Sequence record: NC_061418.1
Length of the DNA stretch: 64,000 nucleotides
Strand: one strand, 5' to 3'
The notes beneath the pieces were generated by a model that had not been told where the DNA came from, did no database searches, and worked only from the letters and a program-made list of their open reading frames with translations. The position numbers and the translations under genes were made by a program. Position 1 is the first letter of the stretch. Each line of letters begins with the position of its first letter. Positions 14,378 through 24,543 of the stretch are shown piece after piece.

Positions 14378-16561
14378 TTAGATGATCTGATTCAAGTGTG
14401 CGGTACGTGTGCTCAATACCCTTCCCCGGAAGAGTACCTCTTTACTCCGCCAGTAGTCGAGATGTTTATCAATGTTCATGCAAACAAAGCAATGATAACT
14501 CTGTGGGAATTTCTTCTCCCCTTTGAGTTCACGCAAACGCCCTAACGCCTGAACGTTCGCGTTTGGTGAGTCAATCGCAACGGTCAGATAGGCTTGCGTC
14601 AAGTTAGGGATATCCACCGCGGTACCGGATTTACCAATCGTACTGAAAATGATATCCGAATCCAGTAACAATTGATAATCGTCTCCTGATGTAAAGGAGT
14701 TGATCACCAGTTCCGGGAGACGTTTCCTGAAGAACGTGGCCAGGCGCTGGCACATCTCAATAGTCGCCGAGAAGATTAACAGCTTATGTTCCCTTTTCCT
14801 CTTCTCTAACCAGTTATCCTTGGTGTAGTCAAAAAGCGATTCTTGCCACCGTTGCTCTCGTTGCCTGTCTGCCATGATCCAGGCTTCGTACGTCGTATGA
14901 CTGTACGACCCTTGACCTCCGACGACTTTCGCTTTCTGCCAATCCTTCAGATTATACTGGACTTTCACCAGATCGATATACCTACTTGGTTGCCCGCCAT
15001 TTCGCCGCAGTTTTTTCGGTAAGAAGGTTTCGTAGATGAAAAGTTGAAAATCCATCTTAGCCAATAACGTAGCGGTCAAATAAATCTTTTTCGGAACATG
15101 CGAATAGAGATCAGAGACAAAGTTCGCATGAATTTCTTTATGCGCTTCATCAATGATAACCAGACCTATCCCCAGAAACTCCCAGAGATCTCTCGGATTG
15201 ATATCTTCGCAATCAGTCCCAACCACTCTCCCGTTATTCCAGTTCTTGTAAAAGTCCCTCAACGTGGCTGTGGAAATGAAAATCGCCTTAACATTATCAA
15301 TACCGGTAGTCTTCGCTTCCCGTAATAAACGATAGAGCTTTACACAACCGCAGCACGAACGAACCTCTTCCGGCTTGAGATTGAGTTTAGCGTAAAACTC
15401 CGGTATCCATCGATCCTCGTAGCCGCCGAGTGTTACCACCGCAAAACGGGTTCCGTTATTCTTTGCCATCGCCAATGAACAAGCCGTGTTATGGGTCACG
15501 ATATAGTCATCGGTGATGTAGAGATGTTCAGGGTCATCAATCATGATGCACTGAGTGGCCTCAGGCTCGCGTTCTTCGATTGAAGTAATAGCTAACCGCT
15601 CTTGGGTGAAATCGACACGTAATGTGTCCCTTGCCTCATCTAAGTAGGCAAGGCCACCATAAGCCCGTGCGGTATATTGTATTGCCTCCAACAATTCAAG
15701 GCCCCCTAAACTAACCGTAAACTCCATTTCGTCCTGCGAGGTCTCTGTTACCATTCGGAAGTCGGCAGGTAAAGTCTGACCGAGAATGAGCGGCACAGAG
15801 AAAGAACTTTCCCCTAGCCGGTCTTTTATTTCGCGGGTCGTGATAACTTTATCTTGTTGTTCCTCGTTTTCTCGTACTGACCAGAGATGTTCCGGGTTAA
15901 CATCGGTATACCGCCCATCAGCAAAGTGGATACGCCAGACGTCAGTCACGCCCTGCGGGAAGACCCCTATGACAGAAGCGAGGCGCCTCTTAGGTGTCAC
16001 GACCTGTTGCCCGACTTTCATCTCGCCCATGGTTAACCAACCGTCAGGGACTCTGATCTTAGAAGAAAGCGTCTGAGCCTTACCGAACCCAGGCTCTGCG
16101 GTGATCGCTTTCTGGATACCGGGACCCGAACCGAATTCAATAATCGGCACCTGGTTATCCCACGGTGTGAAGTCCATCTCAAACTCAAACTTCACCGGTT
16201 CGTACATCGGAACAACATCGATTTCAAACGTGCAGCCATTCCATTGGTATTTTTCCGCTTCCTGTTTAAAGCGTTCCAGTGTGTTGATGTGGAAACACGT
16301 CTCTTCCGTTTCAAGGTCTCGGCGTGCGTAAACCTTGGTAGGTTCCATTCGGAATCGCCCACGTTTCTTCACTAAGTTTTTCTCAATAAAGTGCTCAGTG
16401 AATTGTCGACGGAATTGTCGGCCTTTGGCGGTATAGGCAAAAACGGAAAAGTAGTGGCTATATTGCGTGATACGTAGATCCAATGTCTTAGCCCTCACAG
16501 GTGATAATCGAATCTCGTAGATTCTTTTCTCTAGGTATAGGTCTCTATAGGAATTACTCAC
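14378..16561 (-). CDS. SF2 (DEAH-type) helicase, phiKZ gp75-like, intein-containing
   Basis: Walker A AEPGFGK|T split by the intein, IIDEAH, YLTAT, QALGRLR; directly follows the nvRNAP beta-prime gene as in phiKZ. Confidence 0.9.
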   Translation of the reverse strand: MSNSYRDLYLEKRIYEIRLSPVRAKTLDLRITQYSHYFSVFAYTAKGRQFRRQFTEHFIEKNLVKKRGRFRMEPTKVYARRDLETEETCFHINTLERFKQEAEKYQWNGCTFEIDVVPMYEPVKFEFEMDFTPWDNQVPIIEFGSGPGIQKAITAEPGFGKAQTLSSKIRVPDGWLTMGEMKVGQQVVTPKRRLASVIGVFPQGVTDVWRIHFADGRYTDVNPEHLWSVRENEEQQDKVITTREIKDRLGESSFSVPLILGQTLPADFRMVTETSQDEMEFTVSLGGLELLEAIQYTARAYGGLAYLDEARDTLRVDFTQERLAITSIEEREPEATQCIMIDDPEHLYITDDYIVTHNTACSLAMAKNNGTRFAVVTLGGYEDRWIPEFYAKLNLKPEEVRSCCGCVKLYRLLREAKTTGIDNVKAIFISTATLRDFYKNWNNGRVVGTDCEDINPRDLWEFLGIGLVIIDEAHKEIHANFVSDLYSHVPKKIYLTATLLAKMDFQLFIYETFLPKKLRRNGGQPSRYIDLVKVQYNLKDWQKAKVVGGQGSYSHTTYEAWIMADRQREQRWQESLFDYTKDNWLEKRKREHKLLIFSATIEMCQRLATFFRKRLPELVINSFTSGDDYQLLLDSDIIFSTIGKSGTAVDIPNLTQAYLTVAIDSPNANVQALGRLRELKGEKKFPQSYHCFVCMNIDKHLDYWRSKEVLFRGRVLSTRTAHLNQII
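15488..16078 (-). mobile_element. Mini-intein (197 aa, class-3 signature) in the helicase P-loop
   Basis: aa162-358: begins AQTLSSKIRVPDGW, block B EHLW, block F QCIMID, ends VTHN, followed by Thr+1. Removing it restores GFGKT. Confidence 0.9.
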
Positions 16562-16627
16562 TTAGTGTAAAAATACCGTAGATAAAACAAAAAAAAGAAG
16601 GAGGGAATTACCCCTCCTTCTCTCACC

Positions 16628-18595
16628 TTAGATACGTTTTAAACGCATTTCCTTATCGACATCCAACAACAGATAGTCGAAGGGATGGTTCTCTTTAATC
16701 GGGTCATACGAGCCCGGAGAGAGCATGTTTTGATACTGCTTCTCGTAAGCACATTTCACCGAGAGACTCCGTCCAGACATGATATCGGATTTCGTAGCGA
16801 AGTAACGTCCCGTCCCTTTCTTCGGTAAACGGAAATCGCCATTCTTCGGATCACGCGACATCATGGCGTAAAGGACAATTTCCACAATCGCCAGGTTAAC
16901 CGAGAACTTACGGTTCGTCATTTCCGAAATGTCTTTCAACGCCATCGCCAGAATGTCAGGGTCGGTTAAGTCATACCGTAACCGCTCTTTCGATTCCTTA
17001 CTCGACATGAAGATATTGGATTTTAACTCCATCATCATCTCGAGCGTCGAGCTATGACGTTCCGGGAATTTCAGAATACTTTCTGAAGGGTCCCAGTTTT
17101 TCAGATCAACCCGAATCTTACGCCCTAAGTTCTGGAAACCGTAATCCTTCATGTGCTGAATAAAGGCAGCGGTTAAGAACGGTTTATAAGACGAATGACT
17201 TGTAGCGATCAATTCTTCCTTGATAGTCCCTTTGACATCGCCTTGGTGAACGATGATCATGACGTCTTCTACGCCTGAAATACGGCGGAGGTCATTTTGA
17301 CTGAACTCGGTCATCGCATGAATATCGGAAAGACGTGGCAGATACGCCATATCGATTTCGATTTCCACATGATGATTCCAGATCGCCTCAGACAGCATCA
17401 GCTCAGAAATATCCGACGCATTGACCATATAGTCCTTATAGAACGGATCGATTTCAAAACCTTCCGTCTCAGCAGAGCGCAGAAGGTGTTTCGTCGAGAT
17501 AACGTCCTGAGAGACCTTTTCGTTCTGGGTTACGGTTGCAGCATGTCCCAGGTTAGTGCCTCGTTGTACGGATCGCGCCAACTGGCCCATACAGGTGCTA
17601 CAGACTACGCCGTCATCGGGGTGCCAACAACACGCCACATTCCGCAGCTGGATCGTTTTCCCTACCAGGAAGACGTCTCCTGCCTTAATGGCTTTGAGTT
17701 GTCCTGTTTCAGTGAGATAAAACTTACCGGGTAAGATATTATCCAGTTCGTTTTTCTTCACCGTCCACGGGATCGTTTCCGTACTTCCGCAATCCCCCAT
17801 CCAAATGCTCTTCACAACGTACGTAAAGAGCTGCAGCTCACGGTTATAATACTCCGTCTGCTTAACAGGATCGTCCGTCGCCTGGAGCGCTTTAGAGGCG
17901 TCTCTGGAGATCATGGCGAAGAAACTGGCCCGATGTATCCCTTCGAAGAAACCCGCATTGACGACGTTAGGAAAGATGCTCTGATCAACTTCAGAACACC
18001 ACCCTCGTTTCCCGATGACCTGGTGGAACTGCGCCATCTTCGTCTGACCGATGTGACAGGCCAGCGCCATGCTGTTCCCTTGTAAGAAGGGGTCAGTGGC
18101 AATCACACGGGAAATCACCCCGTATGCACGGTTGACCCCGCCAGGGCTCGGTTCCATGTTATAGAGCGCATTCTGGATCTCAGGGCGGTCGTAGATATCC
18201 AATAACGTCAGAACATCAACGGTATCGATATACGCCTCGCCGCGCGTCGTGAAGGCATTGTGTAACCGGTTATTGCCGCGATAGATAGCAGCCTGTAGGT
18301 TTTCAATGTCTTCATGCGGATACGCTTCGAGAACAACCTCCTTCATGCGGTTGAGGATTTTTAATTCCAACCCCGGCGAATCAAAGTCATCCCAGAGATG
18401 ATGACGAATACTGATTTGTGCGTCAGGGTAGTCTCGAAATACCTCCCAGAAATACCAACTAACAATCGTCTGCGACCAATCTGTAATGATCTCGCCATCA
18501 CTGAAGACTAAACGAAATCGATCGTGGTCGTGTTCCTTTTTCCAGAGTTCTTCCTCGGTCCAGTGTACGATGTCTTCTGCCCACACAACTTGCAT
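16628..18595 (-). CDS. Non-virion RNA polymerase beta-prime C-terminal subunit (phiKZ gp74-like)
   Basis: DCGS...LRNVACC...VCSTCMG zinc site, QDVISTKH; synteny with the beta subunit and the helicase. Confidence 0.85.
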   Translation of the reverse strand: MQVVWAEDIVHWTEEELWKKEHDHDRFRLVFSDGEIITDWSQTIVSWYFWEVFRDYPDAQISIRHHLWDDFDSPGLELKILNRMKEVVLEAYPHEDIENLQAAIYRGNNRLHNAFTTRGEAYIDTVDVLTLLDIYDRPEIQNALYNMEPSPGGVNRAYGVISRVIATDPFLQGNSMALACHIGQTKMAQFHQVIGKRGWCSEVDQSIFPNVVNAGFFEGIHRASFFAMISRDASKALQATDDPVKQTEYYNRELQLFTYVVKSIWMGDCGSTETIPWTVKKNELDNILPGKFYLTETGQLKAIKAGDVFLVGKTIQLRNVACCWHPDDGVVCSTCMGQLARSVQRGTNLGHAATVTQNEKVSQDVISTKHLLRSAETEGFEIDPFYKDYMVNASDISELMLSEAIWNHHVEIEIDMAYLPRLSDIHAMTEFSQNDLRRISGVEDVMIIVHQGDVKGTIKEELIATSHSSYKPFLTAAFIQHMKDYGFQNLGRKIRVDLKNWDPSESILKFPERHSSTLEMMMELKSNIFMSSKESKERLRYDLTDPDILAMALKDISEMTNRKFSVNLAIVEIVLYAMMSRDPKNGDFRLPKKGTGRYFATKSDIMSGRSLSVKCAYEKQYQNMLSPGSYDPIKENHPFDYLLLDVDKEMRLKRI

Positions 18596-20865
18596 TATTC
18601 ATCCTCTTCGAGCGCGTCGTTATCTTCTTCTGGAATTTCAAACTCATCTTCCAGTTCCGGGTCTTCATCGTAGTTGATTTCTATTTCAGGAATGTCGGAG
18701 AAATCGTCTCTGTAACCCGGCTTGGTTCGGGTTGCCGCTCGGATTTTCTCTTCTTCCACTGGGGTAATGTTATCCACGTTCATGTACGCCATTTTCACCC
18801 CTGAGCAATAGAGTGTATTGTTCAGATAGTTCAGCGCCATGCTGTTACCCAGCGGGATCTCGTTACGGTCAATACAGAAATCGAGATCAACAGGGTTTTC
18901 CGCAGAGATAATCTTACTCCATTGGTATTCCTGCGCTTTCGGGTTATTGGCACGATCCAGCATATCAGCCGCCCACTTCCCGCCAACGATACCAACATAG
19001 TTTCGAATCTCCGATTCACCGAAGAGACGGAACGGGATTTTACGGAAAGGTAAGTTGAAACGCTCACGACCGGAAGGCTTGGTAGGAACACCATGCACCT
19101 GTCGTTTAGCGATATCCACTGCACCCCAGTCATGGCCGGTTTTCTCAAGGACAATGACCTTGATTTCCCCGATCATCGTTGGCTTCGTACTGGTAACACG
19201 TTCGCCCAGATCATTGATCCAGGTAACATGCTCAACCGGTTCAGGAAATGCCTCACGTAACCGCCGACATTGTTCTGCCCCCAGGCCCGGTGTGTACGGC
19301 GGCATATAGGCGAAAATCGCATCTTCTGCCACGGCATCAACGTGTTGTTTAATCCGATCAAACGACCAATTTTGCTGATCAATCTTATCGAGATAAACAG
19401 GCGTCGCCGCCCGATAATAACGACGAAGTAATTCGTAACATTCGAGATACGTCTCCTTACTCTTACTCTCCTTCAGCATGGCACGAATCGGTTTCTCCAC
19501 CCGCTGTTCGGCGATGTAATTACAATACTGCTCGATGAACATACTGGGGTTCATTCGGTTTGCAATGCTGAAACCGTCAACGATCAGGTCAGCAGTCGTT
19601 CCGTCTTCATAACGCGGCATTTTAGCACGAGGTTTCTTCGCACAGATAACGCCTTTCATGCCATAGTCAGTCGAGAGCTTATAACCGATAGTGGGGGTGA
19701 TGTCGTACATGAAAGAGATCTTCACGTACAGCGTGGGGATGCTCTGTTTCTTTAAACGGAAACGTCGTTTTCCTTCTGGGGCCGAAGTGAAGACGATTGC
19801 ATCGGTGATAAGTCGATGAAGTTTCTTCGACAACGCGGGTTCCTTTCCTTGCCCTGCTTCACGACGCAGTTGACGATAGACTTTGACGATCGCATCCATG
19901 TAACGCAATTTCGCTTTCCACAGACGTGTGATAGCATCATCTTCACCGTATTCTTTCCCGGTGAACTCCGGCATGGCATCCAGTTTATCCCCATCAGACA
20001 TCCACAGGTCGATATCAACGACTCGCGCATTCTCAACGCCTGCTTCGATAAAATATTTCTCATCGAAATAGTAGTCGTAATCTTCCATGGCCTCCGCCGT
20101 CATTTCGACACAACCTAACATGTCGTCATATTCGCGCAGCGCCATTAAGAGTCCGTCTTTACGAATCTGCTCACCTGGTAACGGAAGAGGACGATAACGT
20201 TTACTGTTCCCGTAGGTATTGATCGGATACTTACCTTTAGGAACAATAATCGTGACCTCGCCAAAGCCCGTGGTCTGATTCTCCTTACACCATTCTTCTG
20301 ACACCAGAAAACCGTCTTCGGTCACAGCGTGATGACTTTGGAAGGTTGTTTTGGTACGGGTAGCATAAATGTAATCGCCGTCTGGCGTTACCCCCGGAGA
20401 ACGATTGAGTCGAACTCCTCGTTGAAGAATCTCGCCAGGTCGCATGAGTTTTTGATTCTCTATGACCGGGACGAATTCAAAGCCGAAGCTAGTGTGATGA
20501 GAACAATAGGTATCGTAGTCCAGGTAGTCGTATTCACGCGTTTCCATGTTACGTACGATAACAATCTTTTTCGGGTTACTTTTAAAACTCTCGGAACCTC
20601 GACCCACCTCAAACTTGTCGATTACCGCAATCACTTCCGCAGGGAACTGAACGCGACAACCGAAAGTATATTCGGCATACTCTTTCTCAACACCCACGAA
20701 AAAGCGGGGTCGATTGATCCCTTTTGTGATCAGTTTTTGCTGTATCTGCGATGCCAGCATAACCAAACGAGAAGGCGATGTACAAACTGCCCAGGGTCCG
20801 AGGTGAGTGGCTGTCCCTATCAGATCAACATCCATTTGATGTTCATTAGGTAACTTTTCTCTCAT
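18595..20865 (-). CDS. Non-virion RNA polymerase beta C-terminal subunit (phiKZ gp71-73-like)
   Basis: SPSRLVMLASQIQQ, EDGFLVS, GYKLSTDYGMKGVI, RMNPS, RLFGESEIR; uninterrupted ORF. Confidence 0.9.
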   Translation of the reverse strand: MREKLPNEHQMDVDLIGTATHLGPWAVCTSPSRLVMLASQIQQKLITKGINRPRFFVGVEKEYAEYTFGCRVQFPAEVIAVIDKFEVGRGSESFKSNPKKIVIVRNMETREYDYLDYDTYCSHHTSFGFEFVPVIENQKLMRPGEILQRGVRLNRSPGVTPDGDYIYATRTKTTFQSHHAVTEDGFLVSEEWCKENQTTGFGEVTIIVPKGKYPINTYGNSKRYRPLPLPGEQIRKDGLLMALREYDDMLGCVEMTAEAMEDYDYYFDEKYFIEAGVENARVVDIDLWMSDGDKLDAMPEFTGKEYGEDDAITRLWKAKLRYMDAIVKVYRQLRREAGQGKEPALSKKLHRLITDAIVFTSAPEGKRRFRLKKQSIPTLYVKISFMYDITPTIGYKLSTDYGMKGVICAKKPRAKMPRYEDGTTADLIVDGFSIANRMNPSMFIEQYCNYIAEQRVEKPIRAMLKESKSKETYLECYELLRRYYRAATPVYLDKIDQQNWSFDRIKQHVDAVAEDAIFAYMPPYTPGLGAEQCRRLREAFPEPVEHVTWINDLGERVTSTKPTMIGEIKVIVLEKTGHDWGAVDIAKRQVHGVPTKPSGRERFNLPFRKIPFRLFGESEIRNYVGIVGGKWAADMLDRANNPKAQEYQWSKIISAENPVDLDFCIDRNEIPLGNSMALNYLNNTLYCSGVKMAYMNVDNITPVEEEKIRAATRTKPGYRDDFSDIPEIEINYDEDPELEDEFEIPEEDNDALEEDE

Positions 20866-20945
20866 GACAGACTAAACCCCTTTATGCTTCTTTCACGATA
20901 GTTAAAAATAGATTTAGACTCAGTGTCTAAACAGCCTTCAATAGA

Positions 20946-20953
20946 GTGATATA
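20946..20953 (-). promoter_or_regulatory. Putative early promoter motif TATATCAC
   Basis: Context ATATATCACTCTATTGAA upstream of the nvRNAP beta gene. Confidence 0.6.
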
Positions 20954-20982
20954 TTCTTTAAGTCAGTTGGAGAAACCTTGTT

Positions 20983-21333
20983 ATGGCAGAACCTTTAATA
21001 ACGAAATTGAGGAACCCAGGACAACCTCAATATTACACGGAAAGTTGGCTGAATTGTGTTGAAGATCATTTACTGTTCCTTCAAGACCCAGGGAACGGCG
21101 AAACTTACCGTCCCACGGGAATGGAGCGAGCACGGTATAAAGGAAGGTTCTACGCTTTCCTCCGTGACGTAGCGAAGGTAACACAACCACAATACTTTTA
21201 CCCTTATCTTCGTGCTAACAACATGACATCACCTGATCAATTCGGGGAAAAGTTTGATTTGCTCATCTTCCCTTCAATCAATAAAATCGAGCAGATATAC
21301 ACGCGGTATACGTCGTCTCTGCCGACGAATTAA
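20983..21333 (+). CDS. Conserved small hypothetical protein (possible LysM-like fold)
   Basis: 116 aa, RBS GGAGA; segment FYAFLR..QYFYPYLRANNMTSP.QF; followed by a hairpin terminator near 21388. Confidence 0.6.
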   Translation: MAEPLITKLRNPGQPQYYTESWLNCVEDHLLFLQDPGNGETYRPTGMERARYKGRFYAFLRDVAKVTQPQYFYPYLRANNMTSPDQFGEKFDLLIFPSINKIEQIYTRYTSSLPTN

Positions 21334-21424
21334 AAGGTTTTCTATATCATTAGACCCAGCCGTTGAAAATGAGAAAACAAAAAATAAAGAGAAGAGGCGA
21401 AAACCTCTTCTCGTTTATAACGAA

Positions 21425-21655
21425 TTAATTGGGTTCGAAAACATCGGGCGAGTAGCTAAGAAAGTTGTCTACAGCACCGACCGGTATTTCCAGAAACGCA
21501 GCAATTTCTTCGTTGAGATAACCCCGTTCAGCCGCCGATACCACCAAACGATGTAAGTGATTATCGATCGTTGTCCGGTAGAGATTAACTTGTGCCTCGA
21601 CGTCGTCGAGGATAAGTTTCATCTGCGAATCTTCTTTTGATTGACGCATTTTCAT
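21425..21655 (-). CDS. Small sigma70 region-4-like HTH protein
   Basis: RGYLNEEIAAFLEIPVGAVDNFL; RBS AAGGAG. Confidence 0.6.
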   Translation of the reverse strand: MKMRQSKEDSQMKLILDDVEAQVNLYRTTIDNHLHRLVVSAAERGYLNEEIAAFLEIPVGAVDNFLSYSPDVFEPN

Positions 21656-21709
21656 CTCCTTAAAAGAACAGATTGAGAGAGGGCAAATGCCCTCTCTCGG
21701 TTTTATGTC

Positions 21710-22963
21710 TTAACGATGGAAACGGTTGCGAGAACCAAACGCGCTTCGTTCTCCGAATCCGCTTCCGCGACGGTCGTAGTCACGATCATCATAACGGTCG
21801 AGCAAGGAGCGAGGACGTGAACCACGACGGTCATCGTCATAATCACGATCGTCCCGGTCGTCATGAGAAACACGACGCAATAAACCACCGCCACGGCGAT
21901 CGTCTTCGTAACGACGATCATTACGACTCCCGCCGATTAAACTCCGCGGTTCATCACGACGCTCATCTGTTGAACGAAGTACTTGCCGACGGCCAGAGGA
22001 AACTTCACGACGTTGTTCGCGTTCTTCACGAATACGTTCGCGGTTTTCCGCTTTAGCCTTAGGCTTCGCCAGCTCGTCTTCGTTCGCTTCGCCTTCGTTA
22101 CCTTCCAGCGGCGGAATGTCATTACGATACTCCGTCAGCTCCGCCATGTTCTTAACCCAGTTCGTTCCGATCAACAGACCTTTCATTTCTTCAAAGTCTT
22201 CCTGGAATACTTTCGTGACCTTATTCAGATCAAACGCCAGATTTGCAAACGCCATCATCAGCGAATGGAAATTTGGCGCGACCGATGAACGACTACCATA
22301 GCTGTATTCGTCAATCGATTTATCGAAGTTGGGGAAAATGTGACGGAGCAGGTTAAACAGCGCTGCACGGTCACGAACGCGGAAGGTGACATCGAAGATT
22401 TTCTTATCTTCGTTATTCTCCTGGTCCGCAATCGGGAAGGTGGTTACCGCCACGCGAGAATACTCCTCGCCTTTCCATACGCCGCCACGTTTGATGAAGA
22501 TGTTGATAAACGCGTTATCGCCTTTAAAGGTCAACTTCGACATCATCAATTTACGGGTATCTTCAACCGTACGTTTATCGGCTTCCGGTAAGAGGCGAAG
22601 ATAGTCGCGTTGCTCCGGCGTCAGTTTTGCATGGCGATCTGTGTCCGCGGCCAGTTCGGTCAGGAAACAGATCATCGTTGCCCCAACCTGATAGAGTCGG
22701 TTACAAACACAGAGCGTCAAACGTTCCAGTACTTCGGACTTTTTCCGTTGGGTGTTTTCGGATAGCGGGTGGAACGGGATAGTATTTTCCCAATCCGGAT
22801 TTTTCAGCCATTCGTCGGTCGGAATAACCAACTGACGTTTGTTCATGGTGAAAGGTGCTCTGACGCCCAATGCTTCAAAATAGACGCCGCCCTTCTCATC
22901 CACCTCAAAACCTAACGCGGTAAGAATCTCGCGATAGATTGTAGTCAACTTTTTCTTGTTCAT
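21710..22963 (-). CDS. Conserved nucleus-block protein (phiKZ gp70-like) with Arg/Asp-rich disordered tail
   Basis: Position between the PicA-like gene and the nvRNAP beta gene; last ~120 aa are R/D/E/G-rich. Confidence 0.7.
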   Translation of the reverse strand: MNKKKLTTIYREILTALGFEVDEKGGVYFEALGVRAPFTMNKRQLVIPTDEWLKNPDWENTIPFHPLSENTQRKKSEVLERLTLCVCNRLYQVGATMICFLTELAADTDRHAKLTPEQRDYLRLLPEADKRTVEDTRKLMMSKLTFKGDNAFINIFIKRGGVWKGEEYSRVAVTTFPIADQENNEDKKIFDVTFRVRDRAALFNLLRHIFPNFDKSIDEYSYGSRSSVAPNFHSLMMAFANLAFDLNKVTKVFQEDFEEMKGLLIGTNWVKNMAELTEYRNDIPPLEGNEGEANEDELAKPKAKAENRERIREEREQRREVSSGRRQVLRSTDERRDEPRSLIGGSRNDRRYEDDRRGGGLLRRVSHDDRDDRDYDDDRRGSRPRSLLDRYDDRDYDRRGSGFGERSAFGSRNRFHR

Positions 22964-22991
22964 TTCTTTTCCTCAAAGAGAATCTTATCGT

Positions 22992-24515
22992 TTAAAAACG
23001 GCCGTTCCCGCCCCAACTGAAACCAGTCAACGCGTCATCGATACGGTTTTCTTCCATGGAGAATTGACTGTCTGCCAATTCGGTGATCGTACTTTGCAAG
23101 TCAGTGACGATCTTAGATGCCAGATCGTAGTCATCGGTTTTCTGCGGTGAGATAAGACCATCGCAATACATCGGAATAACGTAAAGCTCTTCCGGTTGGC
23201 CGTCTAACGACAGATTGATTTTAATGTCCGTGATTGCAGAACAGTCGATCGTACAGGTAACGATCATCTGACCGTTATGGGAAACGGGTTTCGCTACTTG
23301 ATACTCAATCAACTGACGAACCGCGTTCACCGCGCCCGAGACGTTCGAACCCGGAATCAACGGACGTTCACCCCAGACCTCAACCTGCATTTCTCCGATA
23401 TCGTTATCATTACTGAAAGCGATCATGGCATCAGAGATGTGGTTGGTCATCAGGATAGAAGGTACGGCTTGAGAGATGATACGAACGGCTACTGCATCAA
23501 CACCTGCACCGCCGAGGTTGTTCCCACGTCCACGTTCGTAGCTTTTATAACCACGCTCTTCGACCTGTTTCGGATTGATAAACTGCGTGACGGGCTGACC
23601 ACGATAAGTCTCTGGCCAATCTACCATCCGCGCTAAGTCTTCGAGGCGAATGACGCCTTCTTGATAGAAGTCGCATTCTTGCAGGAACTGTGCAAAGAGT
23701 GGGTTATCTTCTGTTTTGCTCAGGTTAACTGCTCCTGCCGCCAGTTCCGATTTTGACATCTCTTCCCCTGCTAACGCAGAGTCGGGGTTCCAGCTCGGCT
23801 GCTCCATTGTCTCCGCCAGTACACCCGCCTTCAACACCGTCGAGATGTAGTCCGCCGCATTATTCTCACGACGAGAACCCATCTTGATATCGCCCACCAG
23901 ATCAGCACGGGTATCAATAATCTGATCGCCGCCGGAATGGTAACGCTGATAATCCTGGATACCTACGTCATTGAAGATATCGTGCGGACGAATTAAACGC
24001 TCGCCACGGTCACGGCGAAGACCACGCTGGCCTTCGTTACGACCCCGACCACGGATAACGTACTCAGAGGATTCAATTCGTGGACGCAGAATACGGCCAC
24101 GGCCCGTATCGAGAACGGTGTCACGGATGATGATGGAGTTATTGATGAAGAGATCCATTTGGTCATCCAGTTCACCGCTGACCATGCTGACGCCGTTATA
24201 ATCGGTGAACCCGGTCAGTACCTGACGTTGGGTAGATCCCGCATAGTCAGAGATCAGGAACGTGATAATGAAACTCAAACGTTTCTCACCCCAACCCCCG
24301 GGGATATCAATAATCGAACCGCGTTTTGCAGTCATGCTGATCGCATCGTTAACGGCTGTAGATAACGAAATCGAGTTGATGTTTCTGCCGCGATCAGTTG
24401 CTTTGACAAGACGGTCTTTCACGCCATTGTCGAAATGAGTCGTGAATGAGCTACCGTATTGGTCATCGTAATTAGAAGTGGTGAAGAAGAATGCACTAAT
24501 TACTGTCGGTTTCAT
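22992..24515 (-). CDS. picA: Putative nuclear-shell import protein PicA/Imp1 (phiKZ gp69-like)
   Basis: 507 aa, immediately downstream of the gp68-like gene. Assignment is by synteny and size, not by alignment. Confidence 0.65.
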   Translation of the reverse strand: MKPTVISAFFFTTSNYDDQYGSSFTTHFDNGVKDRLVKATDRGRNINSISLSTAVNDAISMTAKRGSIIDIPGGWGEKRLSFIITFLISDYAGSTQRQVLTGFTDYNGVSMVSGELDDQMDLFINNSIIIRDTVLDTGRGRILRPRIESSEYVIRGRGRNEGQRGLRRDRGERLIRPHDIFNDVGIQDYQRYHSGGDQIIDTRADLVGDIKMGSRRENNAADYISTVLKAGVLAETMEQPSWNPDSALAGEEMSKSELAAGAVNLSKTEDNPLFAQFLQECDFYQEGVIRLEDLARMVDWPETYRGQPVTQFINPKQVEERGYKSYERGRGNNLGGAGVDAVAVRIISQAVPSILMTNHISDAMIAFSNDNDIGEMQVEVWGERPLIPGSNVSGAVNAVRQLIEYQVAKPVSHNGQMIVTCTIDCSAITDIKINLSLDGQPEELYVIPMYCDGLISPQKTDDYDLASKIVTDLQSTITELADSQFSMEENRIDDALTGFSWGGNGRF

Positions 24516-24543
24516 TTACAGGTTCCTTTTCGGTAGTTTGGTA

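Noticed and set aside
15700-15850. Active homing endonuclease within the intein
   Set aside because: The intein is only 197 aa and lacks the two LAGLIDADG catalytic blocks; only a remnant is visible.
21673-22056. His/Asp-rich plus-strand ORF or a DNA repeat array
   Set aside because: It is the reverse complement of the Arg/Asp-rich tail of the gp70-like gene; the periodicity comes from GAC/CGT codons.
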